From a virus (Duplodnaviria > Heunggongvirae > Uroviricota > Caudoviricetes), in IMG/VR virus record IMGVR_UViG_2579778941_000001: DNA of 64,000 nucleotides; one strand, written 5' to 3'. The notes under the pieces were generated by a model. It ran no database searches, was not told the origin of the DNA, and was given only the letters and a program-made list of their open reading frames with translations. Positions 1 to 11,032 of this stretch are shown piece by piece. Position 1 is the stretch's first letter. Each line of letters starts with the position of its first letter. Position numbers and translations under genes: made by a program.

Positions 1-759
1 ATACTTCCCGTTAGCCAGGTCATATGCAGCCTTGACAGCTTTCGGTGTGGCGGCCAGCACTTCGGACGTACTGTTAGTGGCACTACTGAGCTGAACTAAT
101 CCCTTTTGCGTTGTGCTTGCATCCTGCGCCGTATACTTGCTTTTCGCCAGATCGTAGGCTTTTTTAACTGCCAGCGAACTCGCAGCAACATCACTTCTGG
201 TACTGGTTACAGAGTCTGAAATATCAATGCCGATCGTGCGGTTGATACGCTCGGATGTATCAATCATCTCTTGAGTAATGGTAGATACGCCAGCAGGGAT
301 ATTCACCGTACAAACCAGCAGTTCCCCATCACCTAACTGATATGAATCGGTATAGGTTCTGGCAACAAATTCAGCTGCATGAATATGTGACGCGGTATTC
401 ACCTGATAGGTATCTTCTCCAAGAAGGTATCTTCCCTTCAGCACAATTGCATATTTCTTGCCTGCGTTAAGTGCAAGAGAGATATCCTTACGATGCTGAA
501 TAGTTACCTGGTAGAATTCACCAATATCCACTGACGCCGCGCCAGCGGTTTTATCTCCATCCACTGAGGTGATTAACAGGTTCATCCCACCGCCAGGCTT
601 AGGCAAGAAACCAGCATAAAATCCCGGGTCAACAATTCCCCTGAATTTTCGGTTTAGAGCGGCTGACAGATATGGTTCGTGGTATTGCACATCAGCCACC
701 AGAGCCAACGACTCGGGTGATGGGTAAGTAACCGATGTAACAACTGTAACGTCATTCAT
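1..759 (-). CDS. Tail fibre protein S, 5-prime portion; gene continues beyond the window start
   Basis: Reverse-strand ORF open to the window edge; ATG at complement of 757-759; translation starts MNDVTVVTSVTYPSPESLALVADVQYHEPY and continues with Ser/Thr/Ala-rich fibre-like sequence. Confidence 0.6.
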   Translation of the reverse strand, partial: MNDVTVVTSVTYPSPESLALVADVQYHEPYLSAALNRKFRGIVDPGFYAGFLPKPGGGMNLLITSVDGDKTAGAASVDIGEFYQVTIQHRKDISLALNAGKKYAIVLKGRYLLGEDTYQVNTASHIHAAEFVARTYTDSYQLGDGELLVCTVNIPAGVSTITQEMIDTSERINRTIGIDISDSVTSTRSDVAASSLAVKKAYDLAKSKYTAQDASTTQKGLVQLSSATNSTSEVLAATPKAVKAAYDLANGKY

Positions 760-770
760 CAAGCATATCC

Positions 771-1205
771 TTATGCTGTAGTCGAGTTTATGGCCATAAC
801 TGCGGTATATGTTTTGCCCACATACAGCGAGTCTTCCTGGACACAAATAATGGCGATTGGCTTATTCTCGTTATCCAGAACAACCAGAGTGTTGAATGGG
901 TAGTTTTTCCCTTCCTGCAACTGACTTTGATCAAGGTCCATTCGGACAGTAATTATCCCGCCTGAGTAGGTTGGGACGAGGTTGATGGTGCAAAATTGAC
1001 TGGTCAGTTCTGCCAGATCGAAAGCCTTTGGCAGTTCTCCAATCTCATAAGTGCCATCTCCTTTCTTAGTAACCAGTGAACTGGTACCGAAAACGGCCTT
1101 GCTGATTAAAAATCGAGAGCCTTTGTTAATGGACGATTCAGCGCGCCGCTGATAGTAATAGTCCAACAACTGACTCTTATAGAGGTTTGTTGAGACGTCA
1201 GACAT
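771..1205 (-). CDS. Tail/baseplate-associated structural protein (position of P1 gene R)
   Basis: 144-aa ORF in track, immediately upstream of tail-fibre gene in same operon. Confidence 0.45.
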   Translation of the reverse strand: MSDVSTNLYKSQLLDYYYQRRAESSINKGSRFLISKAVFGTSSLVTKKGDGTYEIGELPKAFDLAELTSQFCTINLVPTYSGGIITVRMDLDQSQLQEGKNYPFNTLVVLDNENKPIAIICVQEDSLYVGKTYTAVMAINSTTA

Positions 1206-1283
1206 GATTTTCCCTAATCAATGTTGTGAAGCCTCATTGTAAGATAAGTAACTTGTCACCCCGCCCTGCGGACGGGGTGATTG

Positions 1284-2123
1284 TCACGCATCGCTATCCA
1301 ACAGCAAATCATCTGCGCGGGTGCGATCAAACGTAGGCGTTGCTTTCACAATAGTGCCGCCCGGCGTTGCAGTGATCGGGGCGTTAATCGACGTAACTTC
1401 AGTAAGCGAAGTTGTATCCGAAGTTTCAAACCAGCAGAATGCTTTTTCGGTATCAGAAATCTCATTCAAAGTGATCATGTCGGCCTGTTCATTTACAACA
1501 ACCGACAAATAGAGCGTAAGCCCATCAAACACTATATGCAGTGGCAGTAGAGGCTTTACGAACTGATTAAACTTTCTGAGAATTTCTTCTGTAATTGCGG
1601 ACTGATCTATCGTTCCAGTAATACCCATTGTCCGGGCCAGGTCGTTTATGGGAATACTGATCATTCCTCTGGAAGTCAGAAACATCTCGCCGAATGTGCC
1701 GCCGGTGGTTTCCAGTGTGCTTTCTGGAATCAGGACCGTGCCATAGGGATGACGTTCAAAGTCCACCGGAGCATATATTGGATCCCATAAAACCGATATA
1801 CCGTTAAATTCGCGATAAATTGTCTGGTTTATAGGGCGTTCAGTACCCTTAAAATGGATCTCATCAAACCGCTGTTGTAACAACATCGGAACGGAAGATG
1901 AATTCGACGTTCTGATAGTAAAAAACTGGCCAAGTTCATTTGTTCTAGTCTCCAGATCCTCCTTGCTCATGGAGAAAATAGACTTCCGGTTGGTAATTCG
2001 CTCCAACCATGGGTCAACAAAGGTGTCCATCATTGACTGAACCAAATCAGCCAATGATTTATAAAGTAATGACTTTTGCTTAGCTGATGTAAGCCGGTTA
2101 TTAAACCAGGAACGCTGCATCAC
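1284..2123 (-). CDS. Baseplate/tail protein
   Basis: 279-aa ORF, stop overlaps start of downstream gene, within baseplate cluster. Confidence 0.45.
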   Translation of the reverse strand: MMQRSWFNNRLTSAKQKSLLYKSLADLVQSMMDTFVDPWLERITNRKSIFSMSKEDLETRTNELGQFFTIRTSNSSSVPMLLQQRFDEIHFKGTERPINQTIYREFNGISVLWDPIYAPVDFERHPYGTVLIPESTLETTGGTFGEMFLTSRGMISIPINDLARTMGITGTIDQSAITEEILRKFNQFVKPLLPLHIVFDGLTLYLSVVVNEQADMITLNEISDTEKAFCWFETSDTTSLTEVTSINAPITATPGGTIVKATPTFDRTRADDLLLDSDA

Positions 2124-3553
2124 TCCTCCTCATACGAAATATTAAAGGTGGAGTTTTCTGTATCCAGATAAACGAAATCGTAAAAGCCGTTGGACTCATT
2201 CCACTCGACAAATTCCAGATAAAAGTCGCGGAAATAACCCAGCGTTTCGATAAATGCCCAAACGTCTTTTTTCTTGATTAGGATGTACTTGCCGACACGG
2301 TTCGGATCAAAGAAAGTTGAGTCACGCCCAAATTTTGTTTCCAGTGCCGACTTCAGCTCATCAGTCACGTTCTCAATGGTCAGGCTTGCCGATATCCGCC
2401 CAGTGATAGTGATCTTAAAGGGGAGTTTTCTGACCTCTTTATACGAGAATTTCTTGTTCAACTCATTCGGCACCTTCTTAAAGGCAGCCAGGATCACTTC
2501 TTCAAGCTCTGACTGGCTTTTGTTTGGATGCCATCCTGAAATAAATATCTTATTGATATTCCGAACATTATAAGCACCATCTAATTTCTCTTGCTGGCCT
2601 TCGCCCCATGCCTTTACCCAGGACAGTCCCGGGATGTTACGCACCAAAAAATACGTATAGTCCCCGCCCCATACGACCTGATCATCATAGGCAAGGTAAT
2701 ATTGTGCACGATTACGTGTGATCTCCGTTGTTTCGGCATCGGTACCTGCGGTTATGGGTGTCGTTGTCTTAACTGAAATCAAATTAGCTAAATTAGCCGC
2801 AGAATCGACAGGCGTCAGGTTTTGGCCAGCAACCAGGGTTATATCTCCGTTGGTGCACCATACCTTAAGTGTAATGGTCGAGCCTTCTGGCGGTATTTGC
2901 CCAATTAGCCCATCACCGAATCGAACCCCCAACTGCTCGGATGGCTTATAAAACTCAACGTAGACCTGGCTTTTACTACCGGCTAACCGGAACATAGTGC
3001 TGGAAGACCACTGCGTGGTCTTACCATCGGTCGTCACGAATACTTCCAGCTTATAGCAGACAGCAGTGAGAGCCTTTGATAACACGACTTCCAGAAATTC
3101 TTTGGCTGCCGTAACGGTATATGTCACCTCCTGGATTTCCAACTGTGCCACTTCTACCGTACCGGTGCCGTCAACCAACCTGCATACATCCATAGTCATG
3201 TAAGGGTACTGGTCGTCAGATATTAAAGGCATATTTTTGGGGATTACCGCTGGGGCATCTTCACTTGTGGCGGTGATCTCAATCATCCCCGATGACGGTG
3301 TTGGCTTGGTACCAACGTAACTATTCGTTTCTGCCGCTGCCAGGATAGAGGAACGCCGCGTCGCGGTCGATATAAAGCCTTCAGCCAGCGCCGCATCGGC
3401 ATACTGAAAGCACCTGTAGACAATCTGGGTAATAAACAATGTCAGCATCGAGACAAATTGAGAGCCGACAAACTTCGACCAGAATGAATCTTTCTCGACA
3501 AGCTCTTCAAACTCTGCACGAATACTGTCTTTAGTCGGTGTTGTTTTACTCAT
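2120..3553 (-). CDS. Baseplate wedge protein (gpJ-like)
   Basis: 477-aa ORF translationally coupled to flanking baseplate genes; size and position typical of baseplate J-family. Confidence 0.5.
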   Translation of the reverse strand: MSKTTPTKDSIRAEFEELVEKDSFWSKFVGSQFVSMLTLFITQIVYRCFQYADAALAEGFISTATRRSSILAAAETNSYVGTKPTPSSGMIEITATSEDAPAVIPKNMPLISDDQYPYMTMDVCRLVDGTGTVEVAQLEIQEVTYTVTAAKEFLEVVLSKALTAVCYKLEVFVTTDGKTTQWSSSTMFRLAGSKSQVYVEFYKPSEQLGVRFGDGLIGQIPPEGSTITLKVWCTNGDITLVAGQNLTPVDSAANLANLISVKTTTPITAGTDAETTEITRNRAQYYLAYDDQVVWGGDYTYFLVRNIPGLSWVKAWGEGQQEKLDGAYNVRNINKIFISGWHPNKSQSELEEVILAAFKKVPNELNKKFSYKEVRKLPFKITITGRISASLTIENVTDELKSALETKFGRDSTFFDPNRVGKYILIKKKDVWAFIETLGYFRDFYLEFVEWNESNGFYDFVYLDTENSTFNISYEEE

Positions 3554-3909
3554 AGCACCACGTCCTGTGTGATAGTTATATCCCTGATACGAATGGATAT
3601 TTTCAACTTATCAAAAGCATCTCCCTCGGCTACTGACAAGCCAGAAATCGGTATGTCAGGTAAATCTACCGTCAGTTTTTGCAACAGCATTGCCTCAACC
3701 GCAATTTGAACATGCGACAAGTTGGTCGGTTCGTGTTTAAACAGCGGTAAAACATTGCCCCATGACGGATCTCCGTATACCTCACCCTGATAAGTGTTTA
3801 GCCACTCATATAAACGAGCGCCCCAGGCCTCCTCCTGGGACTCATACGTTTTTACGCCGGATAACTCCAGCGTCAGCAAAGGATCAATTTCGTTATTGTT
3901 GGCCATCAA
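3550..3909 (-). CDS. Small baseplate protein (gpW/gp25-like)
   Basis: 119-aa ORF overlapping stop of sit and start of next gene. Confidence 0.45.
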   Translation of the reverse strand: MMANNNEIDPLLTLELSGVKTYESQEEAWGARLYEWLNTYQGEVYGDPSWGNVLPLFKHEPTNLSHVQIAVEAMLLQKLTVDLPDIPISGLSVAEGDAFDKLKISIRIRDITITQDVVL

Positions 3910-6900
3910 TCAACTCTCGCGTAGTCATTCATCAACGGATCATCAATTGACAGTGGTACCGTGCGCATAACGCCCGGCTGAGGCGTGCTGACCTTTACGA
4001 CAGTTCCCTGGCCTTTCGCCGAGTCTTTGGTGTGCTCTTCAATCCTGGCAAGCAATGAGGTCATCTGCGCAAACAGCCGCTTCGTTTCACCATCAAGTGA
4101 AACGGTATTATCAGCCAACTGCATTGTCGGCTTGGCACCGGAACCGCCAAGGTCACTAATAACCTGCCCGTCTATCTGCATACGACCGGTTGGTTGCTGC
4201 AAATCGTTGGCGGCAGTCGTCACCTGGGACGTGGAGGCTGGTTCAGGCGCATTATTTTTCCGCATCCCCGGCGAGTTGCGGAGTTTATCGAATAGTCCAT
4301 CAATCCCCATTTGTGCGCCGAGATGGTCAAAGTAACTTGAGTTGTTGGCCACCGGACGCGCCTCTTCAACTGGCATCGGAGTATCAACATACACATTGCC
4401 AGCTGCTGTTGCGGTCCCCTTCTCTCGTGCACGTTCTTCTAGCGTTCCCTGAACGACTTCCCGACGCATCCCCCGGCCATTCATGAATTTGTTGACCAGA
4501 TCGTTAACGCCAACAGCATTGCCGATTTTGTCGACCAGACCGCCTTTCTCAAACGGGCTATCACCAGGGGTAAACGCCAGGCCAGTATACTGATCGATAA
4601 CAGCGTTATCAGGCAGTGGTCCCCTCACTCCATATTGCGCCCCACCCTGTGCTCCTGCTCCAGGTGTATAGATTTCACCACCTAAATAGCGAGCACGATG
4701 AGTATTGACCTTGATCGCGTACTCACGGTTTTCTTTCGATAAGTCACCGGTGCCTTTTTTCCACTTATTAATAGTGCCAAACCCAGCATTATATGCAGTG
4801 ATGGCCTCGTTTAAGTCTCCATTGGCTTGCTTAAGATACTTGCTCATGAGAAGAGCCGCAGCTTCTGCCGATTTCACAGGATCAAACGATTCACCTTCAG
4901 CTAAGCCAGTCTCTTCACGAGCAATCCCCGTGAACTGAAACATCCCCAGAGCACCGGTTTGGGATTTTGCATACGGATTACCACCAGATTCAGTTGCAGC
5001 AATCGCGTAAAGAGTGCCTTCTGGAAGACCGTATTTATTCTCTAGTTCGGCAAAATACGGAGCCAACTTATCGAGATTTGCCTTACCTTCAGCGCCAAGA
5101 CTTCCGACTTTTACATCTAATTTGCCATTGTTGTAAGTATCCGCAGCTTTCTGAATGTCATTCCTGGTGCCAGTGGTATTAAGCGACGATGATGACGAGC
5201 TATTTTGACCAATAGCTTTATCAATTTTCTGCAACGCGCTATTGCCCGTTTCTACGGCATTTGCATTGATAATCTGATTGGCAGTTTGTTTAACTGTTTT
5301 ATTGCTATCTTTCGCTGTGTCCAGTGCCGCATTTATCACGCGGGTAGCAATATTACTCTGTTTGGCATCGGATTCAGTTTTAGAATCAGACGTCTCCTGG
5401 TGGCTATTAACCGGAGCTTTTAACTCCGGAGTGATTTCTTTCGCATTAGCCTCGCCGATCGGATTGGGTATTTTTGATACAATCATTGCCGCAGGGGTAT
5501 TTTTAACGGCATCAACCGCTGCATCTAATGCTTTACCAGGTAAATTTTTAACCCCATCCCAAATATTACCAGCCGCCTCTTTAATGTGTTTCCCTGGGTT
5601 CTTAATGAAATCAATTGCACTATCAATTGCATCACTGAAAACCTGTTTCAGGTTATCAACAGTAAAGAAGTCTTTGATGGCATCCAGCTTTTCAAGCAGC
5701 TTATTAGATGTATCGCTAAACCATGCTGAAACAGCATCACCAATCTTTGCTGTGTAATCTTCGAACTTGGTAGAAATGGTGTCGCCAAGGTTAGAAATAT
5801 ATGTTTCTAAGTTGGTAATCCCACTATCAATGGCCTGGGCAATACTTTCCGTCGAAAATGATTGCAACATATTGCCGATATCCTCAAATCCAAGTGATTT
5901 GAGAACCTCACCAATGGCGCTGCTAATACCAGATACCAGTCCCCCCATATCAAGAACATTGGCTAACGTATAAGCGGCTTTTTGCTGGAATGATGGCTCT
6001 TGTCCTGATTTAAGCCCAAACGCTCGACGTTGCGCTTCTGTATCATTCCAACCGGTTACCGCATCATAAATACCTCCAGCCACTGTGCCGACTAAGGGAA
6101 TTGCGCGTAACGCCCCTTTACCAACTGCCTTTAATCCAAATTTACCTGCTGCCCGGGCAGCCAAATCTCCACCTTCATGGGCGATAGTCTTCTTGCCACC
6201 ACCGCGTAGCATTCCTACAAGTTTCTTTGCCCCCAGAGCGCCAAAAGCGAGTGCTCCAGCTTTTTTCAGCATGCCACGCCCCATTAACAACGACGCGACG
6301 CCACCGGCCCCCTTCCCTAACAGGCTAAATAGTTTGGACAGCAAGCCGCCCTTCTTTTTCCCGGTGTTTTTGGCTATCTGATCAAGGGCGCTGAGAATCT
6401 TGTCATTGCCCTCTTTAATTTCGCTGGTCTGCTCCTGAAGTTCCTGAACCGTCCGTTTTTGGGTGTTAACCTGAACGACATCGGCACTATTTTGCGATTT
6501 ACGCCTAAAAAAACCTTTTCTACGGCTGTTATCGTCATTGCCACGAATCACATCGGCAATAGACTTTCTGGCGCCATTAAGCGATCCACCAACTTCTTTT
6601 GATATCCCGCCAAGCTCCTTCCCTGCTGCCCACAATGGACCAGCAACGGCATAACCTAACGCATCGACGGCACGAGTCTCTGAAGGGTTACCTATGCCTT
6701 CAGCTACTTTTGACAGTTTTTTTAATAAACCTGATTCAGCATTTAGACGCTCATCATCCTCTTTGCGCCTGGCCTTTTCAGCACGTTCAGCACGGGCATC
6801 TTCCGCTGCGGCCTTACTCCCTGACTTTCCAATAAAACGACCACGCGCATCGCGTTGGTTTTGGCTTTTTTGCGCACCGCCTTTTTGATCGAACATTTCG

Positions 6901-7595
6901 CGAGCGTGTTCGGCTGCTTCGGTCCGTTGTGCCTTTATATCCTCTGATATAGCCTTCCTGCGTCTTTTTTTACCCTTTGGTGTAGTTGATTTGGCCTGCT
7001 GTTCCTGTTGAGCAATGCCCTCCTGAACTACACGAGAAACGTCCCCTAAATTAAGCCGTTTCATTGCGTCAACAATAGGGTCTACTGATGGCGCATTGGC
7101 CACAAAGTCTGGCCGGGAATTTTCGATTGTTCGATTTAATGCCGACACACTGCGAGATACTGGGTCAACCGTTGCAACGCGTTCCCCTTTCAAATCACGA
7201 GCGAGTTTGACCGTTTCTAACCGCTGTGCTTTAACATCCTCTGTTATTGCCTCTCTTCGTCTATTTGGGGGATTGTGCGCTGTTGGTGCAGCCTGCTGTT
7301 CACGGTTAGTGACTTTGTCCTCCCGTATACGAGAAACGTCCCCTAAATTAAGCCGTTTCATTGCGTCAACAATAGAGTCCACTGATGGCACATTGGTCAC
7401 AAAGTCAGGACGTGAATTTTCGATTGTGCGATTTAATGCCGACACACTGCGAGAGACAGGATCAACAGTTGCAACTCGTTCCCCTTTCAAATCTTCAACA
7501 GCTTCCCGAATACCTGCAAGCTCTTCCAGCTCTTTCGCGCTGGCGGTTTCAACTGTCCTTATAACATCGTCAATATTGGCGTTTTTTCTTTCCAT
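3906..7595 (-). CDS. sit: Sit-like tape-measure/injection protein with soluble lytic transglycosylase domain
   Basis: 1229-aa ORF; SLT motif region LYAIAATESGGNPYAKSQTGALGMFQF; Gly/Ala/Lys-rich low-complexity segments typical of tape-measure proteins. Confidence 0.8.
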   Translation of the reverse strand: MERKNANIDDVIRTVETASAKELEELAGIREAVEDLKGERVATVDPVSRSVSALNRTIENSRPDFVTNVPSVDSIVDAMKRLNLGDVSRIREDKVTNREQQAAPTAHNPPNRRREAITEDVKAQRLETVKLARDLKGERVATVDPVSRSVSALNRTIENSRPDFVANAPSVDPIVDAMKRLNLGDVSRVVQEGIAQQEQQAKSTTPKGKKRRRKAISEDIKAQRTEAAEHAREMFDQKGGAQKSQNQRDARGRFIGKSGSKAAAEDARAERAEKARRKEDDERLNAESGLLKKLSKVAEGIGNPSETRAVDALGYAVAGPLWAAGKELGGISKEVGGSLNGARKSIADVIRGNDDNSRRKGFFRRKSQNSADVVQVNTQKRTVQELQEQTSEIKEGNDKILSALDQIAKNTGKKKGGLLSKLFSLLGKGAGGVASLLMGRGMLKKAGALAFGALGAKKLVGMLRGGGKKTIAHEGGDLAARAAGKFGLKAVGKGALRAIPLVGTVAGGIYDAVTGWNDTEAQRRAFGLKSGQEPSFQQKAAYTLANVLDMGGLVSGISSAIGEVLKSLGFEDIGNMLQSFSTESIAQAIDSGITNLETYISNLGDTISTKFEDYTAKIGDAVSAWFSDTSNKLLEKLDAIKDFFTVDNLKQVFSDAIDSAIDFIKNPGKHIKEAAGNIWDGVKNLPGKALDAAVDAVKNTPAAMIVSKIPNPIGEANAKEITPELKAPVNSHQETSDSKTESDAKQSNIATRVINAALDTAKDSNKTVKQTANQIINANAVETGNSALQKIDKAIGQNSSSSSSLNTTGTRNDIQKAADTYNNGKLDVKVGSLGAEGKANLDKLAPYFAELENKYGLPEGTLYAIAATESGGNPYAKSQTGALGMFQFTGIAREETGLAEGESFDPVKSAEAAALLMSKYLKQANGDLNEAITAYNAGFGTINKWKKGTGDLSKENREYAIKVNTHRARYLGGEIYTPGAGAQGGAQYGVRGPLPDNAVIDQYTGLAFTPGDSPFEKGGLVDKIGNAVGVNDLVNKFMNGRGMRREVVQGTLEERAREKGTATAAGNVYVDTPMPVEEARPVANNSSYFDHLGAQMGIDGLFDKLRNSPGMRKNNAPEPASTSQVTTAANDLQQPTGRMQIDGQVISDLGGSGAKPTMQLADNTVSLDGETKRLFAQMTSLLARIEEHTKDSAKGQGTVVKVSTPQPGVMRTVPLSIDDPLMNDYARVD

Positions 7596-7676
7596 GATCT
7601 TATCGCCTACCGTTTCGGTTTAAGTTTTTCTTCCAGTTTCTCCAACAGGAAAAACGCATAGGATTCAGTAAGCCTT

Positions 7677-8558
7677 TCAGCGTCCTGAATCGGTATACCC
7701 CCATACAAAACCAGGTTGGACACTAAGGTCTGATAGCTTTTCAATCCCCACCTGTGGAATGAAGTCGGTAGCCCGAAAGGGCACCCACAGACGGGTATAC
7801 GCACCCTCTGTGGACTCCTTTGTATCCTGGTTTGGGCATTTGTGCGGCGGGAGACGAAGACGCATTTCGCCTTTATCGATGTAGCACGGTAAACCATGTT
7901 CGAGCTTTTCATGAGCCAGCCGGATGTGTGCCGCCAGCTTCATAAATTCAGTATCAATGGCCATCCGTTTGATCGTTTCATAACGACGCTCAGCCTGCTC
8001 TTCACGAGTACCGCTAACATCGTTATAAAGTTCACACTGATAAGCGAATTCCCAAAAACGCAAATCAACGATCGCTTCTTTGAATTCCGCGTCGTCTTCA
8101 GGTGGCAATGCTGCTCGGCGCATCTCCAGCATTTCCATTGCCCAACCATCAAGCGGCACGATACGCCATTGATAAGGCACGCCCTCTACAGACACCTCAA
8201 TATCGTCAATGAACGGTTCCACTTCCAGGACCTGGATATCTTCAGCCAGAGCATTCATATCGCAATCGTAATAATGCTCTTTACCGCAATGTTTACAGGT
8301 GTAGGTAAATGTCTCGATCGGTGTTTCGCGGGAGCCAGTAAATATCCACCATAACGCGGTAATCCGGTCCTGTGCCGTCCATTTCAGTGGATCATGTTTC
8401 GCAGCTTCAGCCAGCAAGGCTTTTAAATACGCTGTTGTCTGCTGTTCTTGTTCCTCCGGTGTTATCGAGTTGAAACGCATCGCATCAGCAATATTTGGCT
8501 GACGGAACTGGATTAATTCAGTTGGCCGCGATGGTAGCGGGAAAAGGGGTAAAAGCAT
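7677..8558 (-). CDS. Phage tail morphogenesis protein
   Basis: 293-aa ORF upstream of sit in same orientation; contains CxxC...C cluster. Confidence 0.4.
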   Translation of the reverse strand: MLLPLFPLPSRPTELIQFRQPNIADAMRFNSITPEEQEQQTTAYLKALLAEAAKHDPLKWTAQDRITALWWIFTGSRETPIETFTYTCKHCGKEHYYDCDMNALAEDIQVLEVEPFIDDIEVSVEGVPYQWRIVPLDGWAMEMLEMRRAALPPEDDAEFKEAIVDLRFWEFAYQCELYNDVSGTREEQAERRYETIKRMAIDTEFMKLAAHIRLAHEKLEHGLPCYIDKGEMRLRLPPHKCPNQDTKESTEGAYTRLWVPFRATDFIPQVGIEKLSDLSVQPGFVWGYTDSGR

Positions 8559-8572
8559 CCTTGCTCCTTAAT

Positions 8573-9184
8573 TTAAAGCGAAAAACTAAAGCCCAGAAGG
8601 GAAGCTAAAGAACTTGAGGATTGGTTAAACGTGCTGTGCAACGCGAAGGTCATTGGGAATGACTTAAATTCCGTAACCTGATCCCGCGCATAGGTGACAT
8701 CGCCGGTAGTGACCGGGAATACCGTCATCTCATTTTCCAGTTTGGTTAAACCGGAGGACAGCAACCGATAAATACGCACATTGAGCAAATATTTAGACGG
8801 TATATTCCCGGTACCGTCCGGATTGATCACCCGACTTTTTGCCGTCTTAAACCAGTCCAAAACGAGGCCATCAACGGTATCCCTGACCATCATTGTTATC
8901 TGCCCAGGCGAACGCTCCGTTGGCTGAAGGATATTCCCTCCGCCGATTTTAATCGTTTCATATTCGATGCTGTAATCGTGGTAGGTAATGTCTTTAGCAA
9001 AGAAGTCTGCCCCCTCCAGACCATCAACTTCGACAGAGAACTGCCATCCTTGCGCGAACAGCATTTTGTTCATGATGATTGACGTCAGCTTGCCAACTTC
9101 CCGCTCACCAACGCCGGAGCCAAATAATGTCGTCGTTAATGCCGAAGATACATAAGACTTTACTGAAGCAACATTAAGCCCCAT
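8573..9184 (-). CDS. Putative tail tube protein
   Basis: 203-aa ORF in tail operon; size typical of contractile-tail tube subunits. Confidence 0.35.
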   Translation of the reverse strand: MGLNVASVKSYVSSALTTTLFGSGVGEREVGKLTSIIMNKMLFAQGWQFSVEVDGLEGADFFAKDITYHDYSIEYETIKIGGGNILQPTERSPGQITMMVRDTVDGLVLDWFKTAKSRVINPDGTGNIPSKYLLNVRIYRLLSSGLTKLENEMTVFPVTTGDVTYARDQVTEFKSFPMTFALHSTFNQSSSSLASLLGFSFSL

Positions 9185-9194
9185 ATCAGCCCCC

Positions 9195-9785
<591 letters not shown>

Positions 9786-9819
9786 TTAACCGATTCTACG
9801 AGTAGTCATTTGTGACAGG

Positions 9820-10296
9820 TCATTTTGCGCGCTTCAGGCAGCCATCTTCAGGTGCCGCGTTGAAAAGCTCTGCGGCCTTACGTAGCGTAAATGTTGCGAT
9901 TTTTTTTCCGTCTACGTATGCATCGAATGTTTTTACTTCCATATCAGGGGTATCTGACCAAAAACCATACCAGTAACTATCACCCACAGAGGAACCGATA
10001 GAACTTATAGGATATTCATCATCACCAACTTTCAGCGTTATTTGTTCTTTTTTAGCATCAAATGACTCACCGCCAGGTTCTGTTTTCATGAGAGTGAGTA
10101 GTCGTGTTCCTACTTGATTGGGATCCGTATTATTAAATCCAACATCGCACTCAAATGTAAGCGTATAATTATCTTTGCTGGAAACAGCATAAGAACGAAC
10201 ACCATGAGTCTCGCCGGTTGACCATTTGCTTACATTTGCCATTGATGAAAATGGAGTAAGCAAAGCAAGAATTAGAAAAAATCGTTTGATGCGCAT
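9820..10296 (-). CDS. Secreted/periplasmic protein with N-terminal signal peptide
   Basis: 158 aa; N-terminus MRIKRFFLILALLTPFSSMA is a classical signal peptide. Confidence 0.45.
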   Translation of the reverse strand: MRIKRFFLILALLTPFSSMANVSKWSTGETHGVRSYAVSSKDNYTLTFECDVGFNNTDPNQVGTRLLTLMKTEPGGESFDAKKEQITLKVGDDEYPISSIGSSVGDSYWYGFWSDTPDMEVKTFDAYVDGKKIATFTLRKAAELFNAAPEDGCLKRAK

Positions 10297-10357
10297 TAAT
10301 TTATCTCCTTTGGATATTAACGATTATCAATATTTTAATTGGTTATCCATAATATAT

Positions 10358-11032
10358 TTACCATTCATATGGTAAATTAAGCGCTTTTAAACCTTGCTGA
10401 AAGGTATTAAGTGAGCCGTTCTTTTGTTGTTCCATTTGTTCGCGTGCCGCTTTCTCATACTGCTCCATCCGTTGGTTATACTCTTGCAATTCCTCTGGTG
10501 AGAGGTTTCCCATTGGGGAGTTTGTACCCGGCCCCCTGGCCCGCTCTTCAAGCGTACCCTGCACGTTTTGATGGCGCATTCCAGGGGCATTTCTGATTGA
10601 GTCAATGCCATTTCTTCCAACGTCTTCTTTATTAACGGCATTGCTCGCCACCAGCACACCCCAGCTAGGAATAGCAAAATCAGGAGCGGTTTCGCATGCC
10701 TTTACCATATAATCGAAAGAGCTTCGATTGATCTCGTTTGCGTCGGGATTTAACAGGCGAGAATATTGATATTTAGCATTTTCGTTGGTTGCGACTTTAT
10801 ACAGTTCTTGCTGCACCATCGCTTCAGAAAGTTTAAGGCGTTTCATATCTGACAGTAACTTCTTGCGCATGGATTCGTCTTGACTGACAGCAAAGCCGTA
10901 AACGTGCCCAAGATATTTCGTATAATCGGTACAAATCTCCTTTACGCTTGATGCTGCATTAACAGTCCCAGCCATAAATAATAACGATAGTAATAGTTTT
11001 CTCATTATAACCTCACCTGCCTTATAACTCAT
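10358..11032 (-). CDS. Periplasmic protein, candidate superinfection-exclusion Sim-like (true start probably the Met at 11005)
   Basis: 224 aa; internal MRKLLLSLLFMAGTVNA signal peptide; location just upstream of the c4/icd/ant immunity region; shares a motif with Sit C-terminus. Confidence 0.45.
   Translation of the reverse strand: MSYKAGEVIMRKLLLSLLFMAGTVNAASSVKEICTDYTKYLGHVYGFAVSQDESMRKKLLSDMKRLKLSEAMVQQELYKVATNENAKYQYSRLLNPDANEINRSSFDYMVKACETAPDFAIPSWGVLVASNAVNKEDVGRNGIDSIRNAPGMRHQNVQGTLEERARGPGTNSPMGNLSPEELQEYNQRMEQYEKAAREQMEQQKNGSLNTFQQGLKALNLPYEW

Noticed and set aside
3985-7623. Forward-strand ORFs inside sit (e.g. 5278-5757, 6085-6381, 7096-7623)
   Set aside because: They are antisense shadows of the long sit reading frame; 7096-7623 simply mirrors the tandem duplication.
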